DNA of 64,000 bases from Candidatus Limnocylindrales bacterium (GTDB taxonomy: Bacteria > Moduliflexota > Moduliflexia > Moduliflexales > JAUQPW01), in the NCBI GenBank assembly GCA_035559535.1, contig DATMBG010000040.1, positions 1 through 64,000 of the forward strand, in the 5' to 3' direction. The stretch's first letter is position 1. Each line of letters starts with the position of its first letter. Below are positions 1-9,185 of this stretch, one piece after another. The translations under genes and the position numbers were made by a program. Below the pieces are notes generated by a model. That model did not search any database. It saw only the letters and a program-made list of their open reading frames with translations, and had not been told where the DNA came from.

Positions 1-616
1 ATCGGAACTTACCAAGTCTGGCCTGGGCGCCCAGGGGGAGTCGAATCAAGGTCAACCAGGCTTCTTCCAGGCCGACTTCACTTTCATCTCCTAAAAGGTT
101 TTCTCCGGAGAAGAACACATCGGCTCGAGCATAAGGATCTACCGAGGCTTGAAATCCAAGTTCGACCTCTTTCACGGTGAATCGATTTCGAAGTATGTCT
201 GACTCTGATTCTGCTTCAGGGCCTTCTTCATTACCTTCCCCCTTAAAGGTTTTATTTCCGATGAAATTAACTTCTACCCGTATATCCGGGTTGAGGGATT
301 GTAAAAATCCGGGCCGCGGTGGGGGAGCTTGTTGTAGGAGCGGAGGTTGTTGGGCTAGGGAAGATAGGGGAGAGGGTGCTGAAGGAGAAGCCTCTCCGGA
401 CAGAGTTTCTGAAGAACCCGGCGCCTGGGAAAGATAAAAACCGGGTGGTCCCAACCCTACTTGGGTTGAGGGAATATCCGGTGACAACTTCAGAGAAACA
501 TAAGGGGGATCCATGTGATTGGCCCAACCTATCTGGAGATTTAGATTTAAAGTGAAGATCCAAAAACCTGCGAGAACCGCATTTTTAAGAAAAGTTCGCT
601 TCAGAACTCCTATCAT
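1..616 (-). CDS. Putative outer-membrane beta-barrel/porin of the 'zinc-regulated outer membrane receptor'-like family, 3' end outside the window (not in ORF track)
   Basis: Manual translation from ATG at 616 (RBS GAAGGAGG): MIGVLKRTFLKNAVLAGFWIFTLNLNLQIGWA signal-like segment, Pro/Ser linker, then LNPDIRVEVNFIG...FTVKEVELGFQASVDPYARADVFF...GLEEAWLTLIRLPLGAQARLGKFR; frame stays open to the window edge. Confidence 0.75.
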   Translation of the reverse strand, partial: MIGVLKRTFLKNAVLAGFWIFTLNLNLQIGWANHMDPPYVSLKLSPDIPSTQVGLGPPGFYLSQAPGSSETLSGEASPSAPSPLSSLAQQPPLLQQAPPPRPGFLQSLNPDIRVEVNFIGNKTFKGEGNEEGPEAESESDILRNRFTVKEVELGFQASVDPYARADVFFSGENLLGDESEVGLEEAWLTLIRLPLGAQARLGKFR

Positions 617-717
617 TCTTTGCCTCCTTCGCCGCTTTAGTTTTATTCTGTTTCTCAAAACCCCTGCTATGATCGCATAGATATCACCTACGTATTTCCC
701 AGAGGAATCTCTTCGGC

Positions 718-880
718 TTTCCCTCACCCCCAACCCTTCTCCCAAAGCTTCGGAAGAGGGGAACTGGTAGATCTCCAAGCCAACCTCTCACAGGAGGTTC
801 AGTTAATCTTATCCTGGTGCTTATGTCCCTTAACTCCCTTCCCGTGTCGGGAAGGGAAGTCGGAGGGGTTAAGCCCAAAA
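718..880. repeat. Composite C-rich/G-rich palindromic (REP/MITE-like) repeat cluster
   Basis: Hairpins cccttctcccaaagcttcggaagagggg and tcccttcccgtgtcgggaagggaa plus motif cttatcctggtgc (808-820); related units at 12790-13130 and 17685-17812. Confidence 0.75.
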
Positions 881-1039
881 ATCTACCCCACAAAGAGGTT
901 AGGGTGGGGCGGTCTCTACTTTATACCCCATTTCAATACCGACTTGGTATAAGACATTCCCCTCAAAGAGGGTCGCTGGCCGGGTATACGGAAAAATAGC
1001 CGAAAATTTAAGCCGATTAAGACTCTGAACAATTTAAAA

Positions 1040-1055
1040 AGCAGGGTCTATACCA
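1040..1055 (-). promoter_or_regulatory. Candidate sigma54 (-24/-12) promoter facing the porin gene
   Basis: Minus strand TGGTATAGACCCTGCT has exact GG-N10-GC spacing and lies just downstream of a sigma54-activator gene. Confidence 0.6.
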
Positions 1056-1169
1056 ACCGGAATGTGAAGGGATTGAAGTAAAGGGAAACTCTGTTTAAGA
1101 TCTGCTATTTTGAGGGCTTAGAAGATAAAATAATCGACTTGAGGTTTCCGTCTAAAGGAAGAAAAAAGA

Positions 1170-1202
1170 TGGGTCAAATCCCCCAGTGGGGGAAATCACA
1201 CA
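1170..1202. promoter_or_regulatory. Candidate tandem enhancer (UAS) sites for the sigma54 activator
   Basis: Two adjacent imperfect palindromes TGGGTCAAATCCCCCA and TGGGGGAAATCACACA about 115-145 bp upstream of the -24 element. Confidence 0.45.
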
Positions 1203-2611
1203 CCGGATTCAGGAGGAGTGATTCCAAATTTCTCCATCCGATATCGAAGGGTATCTCGGGTCAATCCCAAGAGTCTGGCGGCCTGAACCCGATTCCAGTT
1301 GGTATGCTTAAGGGCTTGCAGAATAATTTGCCGTTCCAGTTGATCCAAGATAATCCCTCCCGGCGGGAAGTTTATAACCGGTTCTTCCAGGTTTATCTGT
1401 GCTGTTAAATTTTTAACCTGACTCAAGGAGCCCAATCCCAGATGCTCCGGTTGAATTTCCTCGCTATCCACCAATAGGACAGCTCTTTCCAAGACATGAC
1501 TCAACTCCCGTACGTTACCAGGCCAGGGATAGGTGGTTAGAACTTTTAGGGTCCGTTCTGAGAGTTTCTTCATGGATTTATTGTATCGGGCGCTGAATTT
1601 TCTAAGAAAATGCTGGGCCAGCAGGAGGATATCCTCTCCCCGTTCCCTCAAAGGAGGAAGGTCGATGGTTAAGACCTTCAATCGATAGTAAAGATCTCTT
1701 CGGAAAGATCCTTCCCTCAAAGCCTTATCCAGATCTTTATTGGTAGCGGCCAGGATTCTTACGTCTACCTGTCGGTCCCTCAATCCTCCTACCCGCCGAA
1801 CCACTTTTTCTTCTATGGCTTTCAACAGTTTACCCTGTAGACTCTGATCTAAATCTCCAATTTCATCTAAGAAAAGAGTTCCCTGATCAGCCGCCTCGAA
1901 TAAACCCATTTTAGATGTTTTGGCATCTGTAAAAGCTCCCTTTTCATAACCGAATAACTCTACTTCCAGCAAGTTGGTTGGAATAGCTGTACAATTAACT
2001 TCTATAAAAGGTCCCTGAGCCCTACGGCTGGTATAGTGAATGGCTCTGGCTACTAACTCCTTGCCGGTTCCGGTTTCTCCGGTGATCAACACGGTTAAAG
2101 CCTCACCGCCTTTTGCTATATCCAACTCGGCAATTTGCCTGATTCTCTTGAGAACCAATTGCATCTTCTCACACTGACCGATAATATCTCTTAACCCAAA
2201 TCTTTTGGATGCCCGGTCCCGGTAGTAGCTGAGCTCCTGTTGAAGTTTGACCATCTCCTGAACTCGATCTGCTAAAAGCTTTAATTCGTCGAGATCTACA
2301 GGTTTCCTGATATAATCGTAGGCACCCAGCTTCATGGCCTCAACGGCACTTTCTATAGATCCATAGGCCGTTATTATGATGACATAGATCGAAGGGTCCA
2401 GCTCTTTAATTTTCTTTAAGAGTTCCATACCCTCGATTTTAGGTAAACGCATATCCAGAAAGACGAGATCCGGCCTCATTTCCCGGACGAGTTTTAACCC
2501 CAACTCCCCGTCCTCGGCGGTCAGGGTTTCATATCCGTATCCAGATAAAAATTTCTGGATAGATTTAGCCAACATTTTCTCATCTTCGATAACCAATATG
2601 GTAAAAGACAT
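1196..2611 (-). CDS. Sigma54-dependent response regulator (REC-AAA+-Fis HTH; NtrC/AtoC/ZraR family)
   Basis: Receiver (IEDE, LDMRLP, KP), Walker A GETGTGKE, GAFTDA, LFLDEIGD, RDLYYRL, WPGNVREL, C-terminal AARLLGLTRDTLRYR. Confidence 0.95.
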   Translation of the reverse strand: MSFTILVIEDEKMLAKSIQKFLSGYGYETLTAEDGELGLKLVREMRPDLVFLDMRLPKIEGMELLKKIKELDPSIYVIIITAYGSIESAVEAMKLGAYDYIRKPVDLDELKLLADRVQEMVKLQQELSYYRDRASKRFGLRDIIGQCEKMQLVLKRIRQIAELDIAKGGEALTVLITGETGTGKELVARAIHYTSRRAQGPFIEVNCTAIPTNLLEVELFGYEKGAFTDAKTSKMGLFEAADQGTLFLDEIGDLDQSLQGKLLKAIEEKVVRRVGGLRDRQVDVRILAATNKDLDKALREGSFRRDLYYRLKVLTIDLPPLRERGEDILLLAQHFLRKFSARYNKSMKKLSERTLKVLTTYPWPGNVRELSHVLERAVLLVDSEEIQPEHLGLGSLSQVKNLTAQINLEEPVINFPPGGIILDQLERQIILQALKHTNWNRVQAARLLGLTRDTLRYRMEKFGITPPESGV

Positions 2612-2704
2612 ACCGATAACCTCTTACTTCTTCAAAGCCCATCTGAAAATCTCCAGAGAATCCGATTTCTCGGAGAGAAGATTTGTAAGCCTGACCTTAA
2701 CCGG

Positions 2705-4240
2705 TTAAGATTTAACCGGCAATAAGATCTTTACATGGGTTCCATGGCGGTATTTACTTTCTATGTGGATTTGGCCCCCATGCCTTTCAACTACTTTCCG
2801 TGCAAAAGCCAGACCCAATCCACTGCCGTCGACTTTTGTCGTAAAGAAAGGATCAAAGACTCTGGGTAAAGCTTCCTCTGGAATTCCCTCACCTGTATCC
2901 TGAAATTCAATCTGAATATACGCCTCTCCAGGATCAGGATGGGAAGATTCCGATAAAACGAGTCGAGATCGGATGAACAGGTTGCCACCGGTGGGCATCG
3001 CCTCCAGGGCGTTTGAAATAATCTCCGATAGAATCTGCTCCATCTGGACAGGGTCCAGGAAAATCTCCGGAAGATCCTCTTGTAAATCCGTTTCCAGACA
3101 GACTCCTCGCCCGGCGAACTGGTTTTGGAAGGTAGAAATCAGATGGCCCAAAAGGATATTAATGTTTTCTTTAAAGGGATTAAAAGGAAACGGCCGGGTA
3201 AAATCCAGTAAGTGGCTGATCCTCTTCTCCAGTCGATCAACCTGGGAGATAATATCCCTGAGGTTTTCTTCCAGGTTCCCGTTATTTGAGTTTAATTCCC
3301 GCAAACTTACCTGTGCAACCGCCCGGATATTGGCCAGCGGATTTCTCATCCCATGGGCTACGGTGGCCGACATCTGTCCAATGGAGGCCAGCTTTTCAGA
3401 CTGAATCAGTTGATTTTGAGCCAGTTCGAGTTCTTTTATTTTAATCTGTAAATCGAGGTTGGTTTGGGTCAGGTGTTCCTGAAATTCTTTAAGTTTTTTG
3501 GCCATTTTGTTAAAGGAACTGATCAAGGCTCCTATTTCATCCCGGGTCCACAAGGGAATTTCATACTCCAGGTGACCTTCCCCAAAAATTTCTGTAGCTT
3601 TTTTGAGCTCCTCGATGGGTCGAGAAATGTTAATAGAAATAAAGGTTGCTGCAATAATCCCAAAAATCAAAGAACAAAGGATTCCTATGATCAGAACAAG
3701 CCAGGAGTCACTTTCGATGCGTTTAATAGTCTGTAGAGCGGTTATGGAAGCCTGTTTAGAAACCCAGATAAGTTTCTGAATGATATTTTCAAATGCCTCT
3801 AAAGTCGTTTGTTCCAGGACTTTTTCCATCAATTCGATTGCTTTTTCCTTCTCACCCCGGTCGTAAAGGGAGAGGATCTCCTGGGTTTCTTTATCGATCT
3901 GTAGGTAAAGAATTTCCAGATCTTCAATATCACGGGCTTCGCCGGATGGAGGGGTGAGCTTTTTCAAGTCCTCTATTTTTTCCGCTAAAATCTGATGGAA
4001 TTTAATCAGTTCCTCTCTGGCATCAGTATCTCCTTCCGTAAGGTAATCGGAAATCTCTTTAAGTTGCCGGTTAACGGTGGCTTCTATCTCTCCCAACATA
4101 AGCGTCTGGATATATTTCGGTTCTAAATCTTGAAGAGCCGAGTGAATATGTTGAGAGGTCCAGATCGATAACCCTCCCACAAAAAGCAGAGGAAGCATCA
4201 TGATCAGGGAAGCAAGTAAAAGCTTTTTCTTAAAGGTCAT
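2705..4240 (-). CDS. Membrane sensor histidine kinase (2 TM, helical periplasmic domain, HAMP, HisKA, HATPase)
   Basis: QLIQSEKLASIGQ, H-box VAHGMRNPL, N-box ISNALEA, DTGEGI, FDPFFTTK, GSGLGL; HAMP DEIGALISSFNKM. Confidence 0.95.
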   Translation of the reverse strand: MTFKKKLLLASLIMMLPLLFVGGLSIWTSQHIHSALQDLEPKYIQTLMLGEIEATVNRQLKEISDYLTEGDTDAREELIKFHQILAEKIEDLKKLTPPSGEARDIEDLEILYLQIDKETQEILSLYDRGEKEKAIELMEKVLEQTTLEAFENIIQKLIWVSKQASITALQTIKRIESDSWLVLIIGILCSLIFGIIAATFISINISRPIEELKKATEIFGEGHLEYEIPLWTRDEIGALISSFNKMAKKLKEFQEHLTQTNLDLQIKIKELELAQNQLIQSEKLASIGQMSATVAHGMRNPLANIRAVAQVSLRELNSNNGNLEENLRDIISQVDRLEKRISHLLDFTRPFPFNPFKENINILLGHLISTFQNQFAGRGVCLETDLQEDLPEIFLDPVQMEQILSEIISNALEAMPTGGNLFIRSRLVLSESSHPDPGEAYIQIEFQDTGEGIPEEALPRVFDPFFTTKVDGSGLGLAFARKVVERHGGQIHIESKYRHGTHVKILLPVKS

Positions 4241-4723
4241 ATTGTTTTCTTAAAGAAGGTATGCATTTACCCTCAATAGAATCAAATAATCCACGGATTT
4301 AACTTAAAAAGTCGATAACGGTTACTTTTTGCTTCATTTTTGCTTTAAAAGGCCGGATCAAACCCGATAGAAATATCTAAATTATATAGTATTACAAGTT
4401 CAAAGGGAGAAAAAGTTCTATCTTTACCTTCATCAGTTACGGTTGAACAGGTTAAGATTCTTGATGATTGATTCAGTTTAAAAATGGGATGTGGGCAAAC
4501 CTACATAATTCAGTTTGCAAATTTTTACGGACAGAAACCAAATCCAAGGATATTGACGGCTCTCTTTTCAGAGCATAATCTAAAGAGAGGAACCCGAACA
4601 CTTTCTACTCGGTTCTTTCCCTTAGGAAATAGGGACAAAAAAAGTAAGGTTATTCATTCTGCTTCAGAATTAACCGATGATTCCAATAGGTATTTTAAGG
4701 TTTAAGGAGGAAAGGTAATCAAC

Positions 4724-5704
4724 TTGAAAAAAATTGCAGTTTTAACCAGTGGGGGGGATGCGCCGGGGATGAATGCCTGCATCCGGGCCGTTGTTCGTAC
4801 TGCCCTTTACAAAAATCTCAGGGTGATTGGAATTCGACGGGGCTATAGCGGTCTTCTTTCTGGGGATTTCATGAAAATGACTACCGGCTCCGTCGCCAAT
4901 ATCATTCAACGAGGGGGGACTATTCTGGGTACTTCCCGGTGTGAAGAGTTCAGAACTTCAGAGGGGAGGGCCCGGGCCTTTGAGATGATTCAAAAAGAAG
5001 GCATTGAAGGGCTCATCGTCATCGGCGGAGACGGAACCTTTCGAGGGGCTTATGAGCTGTCCCGACAGGGAGATGTTCCCATCGTGGGAGTTCCAGGGAC
5101 CATCGATAATGATGTGTATGGGACTGATGAGACGATCGGTTTTGATACGGCCATCAACACGGCCCTGGAAGCCATTGACAAAATTCGGGATACCGCGGCT
5201 TCCCATGAGCGGGTTTTCTTTGTGGAGGTGATGGGGAGATCCTCGGGTTTTATCGCCGCCCAGGTGGGACTGGGTGGAGGTGCTGAGTTCGTGGTAGTTC
5301 CCGAAACAAGAACCGATCTCAACGAGCTTTGTGAAAGACTTCTTAAAAGCATTCGACGGGGTAAAAAAGCCTGTATCGTCATCGTAGCCGAAGGAAAGGA
5401 ATCTGGAGGGGCTTTCCAGATAGCCCAACAAGTCAATGCCTGTATTGGAACCGAATATCGGGTTTGTGTACTCGGGCATATTCAACGGGGAGGTTCCCCC
5501 ACAGCCCGAGACCGCGTCCTGGCCAGTAAATTGGGCTCTGCTGCCGTAAACGCTCTACTTGCCGGTCATAGAAACGTCATGGTTGGAGAAGTCAAAGGAG
5601 AAATCGTCTTGACCCCCTTGGAAGAAACCTGGACCAAAGTTAAACCCATCGATCGCTCCTTGCTGGAACTGGTCGATATCCTGGCCGGAGGCACTAAGAA
5701 TTGA
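4724..5704 (+). CDS. pfkA: ATP-dependent 6-phosphofructokinase
   Basis: TSGGDAPGMNA, IGGDGT, PGTIDND, EVMGR, LGHIQRGG; RBS AAGGAGG upstream of TTG. Confidence 0.97.
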   Translation: MKKIAVLTSGGDAPGMNACIRAVVRTALYKNLRVIGIRRGYSGLLSGDFMKMTTGSVANIIQRGGTILGTSRCEEFRTSEGRARAFEMIQKEGIEGLIVIGGDGTFRGAYELSRQGDVPIVGVPGTIDNDVYGTDETIGFDTAINTALEAIDKIRDTAASHERVFFVEVMGRSSGFIAAQVGLGGGAEFVVVPETRTDLNELCERLLKSIRRGKKACIVIVAEGKESGGAFQIAQQVNACIGTEYRVCVLGHIQRGGSPTARDRVLASKLGSAAVNALLAGHRNVMVGEVKGEIVLTPLEETWTKVKPIDRSLLELVDILAGGTKN

Positions 5705-5705
5705 C

Positions 5706-5847
5706 GGGAGTGTGGGAGGTGTGGGAGCATGGAAGTATGGAAGTATGGAAGTGGGAGAGTATAGAAGTGAGGGATTTCTTCTATACTTTCCCACCCCTAT
5801 ACCTCCATACTCCCCTACTTCCATACTCCCACACCTCCCACACTCCC
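5706..5847. repeat. Long inverted repeat built from ~8-nt purine/pyrimidine units (GGRAGTRT-like)
   Basis: Perfect 22-bp outer arms gggagtgtgggaggtgtgggag / ctcccacacctcccacactccc with inner ggaagtat tandem units. Confidence 0.9.
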
Positions 5848-5860
5848 ATACATTCTTTAG

Positions 5861-7168
5861 ATGGACCTGTTATCACCTGAAGTTCAAAGTGAAATACTTA
5901 AGTGTGTTAGATGCCGGACTTGCTTGCCAGTTTGTCCTACCTTTGCAGAACTAGAAGTAGAGATGGATTCTCCCAGAGGACGTATTGCCCTGGCCAAAGC
6001 CTTATCCGAGGGAAAAATTTCAGTTACAGAAAGACTGGTTGGACATTTGTACTGTTGCCTGGATTGCAGAGCTTGTGAAACGGTCTGTCCCTCGGGGGTT
6101 AAATATGGAGAGATTATTGAAAGTGCAAGGTCTTATGTGGAAGAACACTGGAAGCGCCCCAAACCGGAGCAGTTCCTTAAAACCCTCTTTTTGAAAGAAA
6201 TCTTTCCTTATCCCAGACGGCTGGAAGGGTTAGCCTGGATACTTCGACTTTATCAGAAAAGTGGTCTTCAAACCTTCCTTCGTAAATTCAATTTGACCCG
6301 TTTATTGCCTGGAAATTTAGGAGAACTGGAAAAAATGACGCCGGTTCTGTCCAATCGATCATCCCGCTCCACACTTCCTTCGATCATCCCTCCCAAAGGA
6401 GAGAGGCGATATCGGGTAGCCCTGCTCTTAGGATGTATCACAGATATCGGTTTTGCTTCTTTGAATGAAGCAACGGCCCGGGTTCTCTCCGAGAACGGAT
6501 GTGAAGTCCTGACGGTCAAAGAGCAGAAATGTTGTGGAGCTTTACAGGTCCATAACGGAGAGTCTAAAATAGCCCGAGAGATGGCCAGATACAACCTCCA
6601 GGTCTTTGAAAGCGCGGGGGTCGATTACGTGATTGTAAATGCGGCAGGGTGTGGAGCCATGTTGAAAGAATATGGCTTCTTACTGGGCGACGACTCGCAA
6701 TATCGGGAACGGGCCCGAATCTTCAGTAGCCAGGTACGGGATGTCAACGAATTCCTGGTCGATGTGGTACAGGCTAACGGAGGACTTCGAGGAACCCTAA
6801 ATCCGATACCCAAGCGGGTGGCTTACCATGATGCCTGCCATCTGGCCCATGGTCAGAGGGTCAGAAAACAACCCCGTAAACTCCTCCAGTCCATTCCGGC
6901 ACTGGAACTTGTCGAACTCAAAGAATCCGACTGGTGCTGTGGAAGCGCCGGAATTTATAACATCACGAACTATAACATGTCCATGCGGTTACTGGATCGA
7001 AAGATGGATAACGTGGCAAAAACTCGGGCAGAAATCCTTGCTGCTGCCAACCCGGGATGCATGATCCAACTGGAAGTAGGGATCAAAAAGAAGGGTCTGG
7101 CAATGAAGGTCATGCATCCTATTGAGCTTTTAGATAAAGCCTACCATCCAGAACATCCTTTCTTATAA
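5861..7168 (+). CDS. glcF: Glycolate oxidase iron-sulfur subunit GlcF-like (2x[4Fe-4S] + 2 CCG domains)
   Basis: CVRCRTCLPVCPT, SPRGRI, CLDCRACETVCPSGV, CCGAL, YHDACHLAHGQ, CCGSAGIYN, ANPGC. Confidence 0.88.
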   Translation: MDLLSPEVQSEILKCVRCRTCLPVCPTFAELEVEMDSPRGRIALAKALSEGKISVTERLVGHLYCCLDCRACETVCPSGVKYGEIIESARSYVEEHWKRPKPEQFLKTLFLKEIFPYPRRLEGLAWILRLYQKSGLQTFLRKFNLTRLLPGNLGELEKMTPVLSNRSSRSTLPSIIPPKGERRYRVALLLGCITDIGFASLNEATARVLSENGCEVLTVKEQKCCGALQVHNGESKIAREMARYNLQVFESAGVDYVIVNAAGCGAMLKEYGFLLGDDSQYRERARIFSSQVRDVNEFLVDVVQANGGLRGTLNPIPKRVAYHDACHLAHGQRVRKQPRKLLQSIPALELVELKESDWCCGSAGIYNITNYNMSMRLLDRKMDNVAKTRAEILAAANPGCMIQLEVGIKKKGLAMKVMHPIELLDKAYHPEHPFL

Positions 7169-7265
7169 TAAAAAGTTATTAAGAAAGATAAAAGAAAAGG
7201 ATGGAAAACCCATTTTTTGATCTTTAGGCCCTTCCAGGGGTTAGAGGGAAGAATAAATAAGGAAG

Positions 7266-8141
7266 TTATAAATCTTCCAATAACTCCGAAGCCCGTTTAC
7301 TTACGGAACGAGGAACGACCTTCTGCCCAGGGAAGCGAAAGCTGCTATAACCCAGGACTCCGGAGAAGACCAGGGAAGCGAAAAGAACAATGCTGGCTCC
7401 GGAGGCGATATCCAGATAATAGCTGAGATACATGCCTACTACGGCAGTTAGAGACCCCAGCAGAACCGATAAACCCACCAACTTACTGAAACTATCGGTT
7501 AGGAGGCGGGCCGTAATGGCCGGGGTAACGATGGCGGCAGCGATCAAAGTGACGCCCATGACCTGCATGGAAGCAATAATAGCCGCAGCCAGGATGAGAG
7601 AAAACAGGGTGTTTACCCGGCGGGTGGGAACTCCATAAACTCTGGCGACTTCTTCATCAAAGGTGCTAAAGAGGAGCTGTTTATAAAAAAAGAAAATTCC
7701 CATGGCTGCAAACAGGGTCACTATGAGAATAACCACAAGATCGGTGGAAGTAACCCCTAGAATATTACCGAATAGAGCGGCCTCAAAGTTCCTTGTAAAT
7801 TTTCGGGCCCGGCTGATCAATGCGACCCCCATGGCGAAGCTGGCGGTGGTAACAACCCCGATGGCGGCGTCTGCTCCGATTTTTCTCCGTCGCGTAACCT
7901 CGTTAATCACCAACGCAGCTAAAAATCCCCACAACGCTGCACCTACATAAAAATTAAGACTTAATACATAGCTGATAACCGCTCCCCCAAAAACGGCATG
8001 GGATAAACCATGGCCAATGTAACTCATTCTTCTTAAAACAATATAAACTCCGATGAGTCCACAAAGTCCTCCGACCAGAAAGGCGGCCAGGAGTCCTCGG
8101 CGAAAGAACTCATATTGGAAAGGATGTAGGAGAAATTCCAT
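7266..8141 (-). CDS. Metal ABC transporter permease (ZnuB/MntB family)
   Basis: GVYIVLRRMSYIGHGLSHAVFGG, LFGNILGV, FDEEVARVYG, PAITARLL. Confidence 0.93.
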   Translation of the reverse strand: MEFLLHPFQYEFFRRGLLAAFLVGGLCGLIGVYIVLRRMSYIGHGLSHAVFGGAVISYVLSLNFYVGAALWGFLAALVINEVTRRRKIGADAAIGVVTTASFAMGVALISRARKFTRNFEAALFGNILGVTSTDLVVILIVTLFAAMGIFFFYKQLLFSTFDEEVARVYGVPTRRVNTLFSLILAAAIIASMQVMGVTLIAAAIVTPAITARLLTDSFSKLVGLSVLLGSLTAVVGMYLSYYLDIASGASIVLFASLVFSGVLGYSSFRFPGQKVVPRSVSKRASELLEDL

Positions 8142-8228
8142 GGGAGAACGGGAAGGTGGGAGAGGGAAAGAATGAGGTGTGGAAGAAATATGCAGACTCC
8201 CACACTTCTATCTTTCCACACTTCCACC
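8142..8228. repeat. Degenerate octamer-type purine/pyrimidine inverted repeat
   Basis: gggagaacgggaaggtgggagag...ctcccacacttctatctttccacacttccacc, same family as 5706-5847. Confidence 0.7.
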
Positions 8229-8230
8229 TT

Positions 8231-9064
8231 TTATTCATGGGATTTAAGCACCAGAGCGCTATTGGCAATCAGAGTAAGTGGACCTTGCTTGATAACCATC
8301 ATCTCCGAGTTATAGGTTTGCCGCAGGACTTCGGTTGTAAAAATTTCCTCAGGAGCCCCCTGGGCAATAACCCTTTGATTAAAGCAAATAACCCAGGGAA
8401 GATGCGCGGCGATTGCATTAAGATCATGGGTAGTTAAGAGAATCGTAACCCCTTTTAAATTAACTTCTGCCAACAGATGCAAGATATCATGTTGCGTTTT
8501 GAGATCTACACCGGCCGTCGGTTCGTCCAATAAAATCAGCTTGGGGTTTCCAATAAGCGCCCGGGCAAGAAAAACGCGTTGTTGCTGTCCACCGGAGAGG
8601 TTTCGTATCTGACGTTTTGCATAGGCCGTCAGCCCAAGCCGTTCCAGAAGTTCTGAGACCAGCCGACGATCTCGGGAGTTAGGCCATGGTAAGATCCCCA
8701 TCTCTCGATATCGCCCCATCAGGACCACTTGCTCTACGGTTACCGGAAAGTCCCAATCCACACTTTCCAATTGGGGCACATATCCGATGAAGGGAGGGGC
8801 TTTTCCTTGAACCGGTTGGCCTAAAACGGTAACCATCCCCTGTAAGGGTTTAACAAGGCCTAAAATAACTTTAAGCAATGTCGTTTTACCAGATCCGGTT
8901 GGACCTACAATTCCTGCAAACTGACCTTGATATATGTTTAGATCGACCTTCTCAAAGACTGGAGAGTGATCATACCCACAGGAAACATCCACCAATTCAA
9001 TAACCGGACGTTCTTTGATCCGAGTCTGTTGTCCACTAATTGTTGTCGGGGGTTGACTGTTCAT
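8231..9064 (-). CDS. Metal ABC transporter ATP-binding protein (ZnuC/MntA family)
   Basis: GPTGSGKTT, GYVPQ...DWDFPVTV, LSGGQQQRVFLARAL, LLDEP, THDL. Confidence 0.95.
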   Translation of the reverse strand: MNSQPPTTISGQQTRIKERPVIELVDVSCGYDHSPVFEKVDLNIYQGQFAGIVGPTGSGKTTLLKVILGLVKPLQGMVTVLGQPVQGKAPPFIGYVPQLESVDWDFPVTVEQVVLMGRYREMGILPWPNSRDRRLVSELLERLGLTAYAKRQIRNLSGGQQQRVFLARALIGNPKLILLDEPTAGVDLKTQHDILHLLAEVNLKGVTILLTTHDLNAIAAHLPWVICFNQRVIAQGAPEEIFTTEVLRQTYNSEMMVIKQGPLTLIANSALVLKSHE

Positions 9065-9185
9065 CTATTTTTTAGCCTCCAGAGTTATTAAACCTCTCCT
9101 TTTAAGACTTGTACCTTTTCCGGCCAGAAATACTATCCCGGTAAGGGCGGATTTTAAACCCACTCTCTTTCTTCACCTTTGATTT

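Noticed and set aside
177-563. Short ORFs 177-437, 267-563, 319-555
   Set aside because: Shadows of the minus-strand CDS 1-616, which has an RBS and family-like motifs.
684-999. ORFs 684-893 and 817-999
   Set aside because: They translate palindromic repeat DNA and show no protein-like features.
5555-5954. ORFs 5555-5824 and 5712-5954
   Set aside because: Translations of the octamer inverted repeat.
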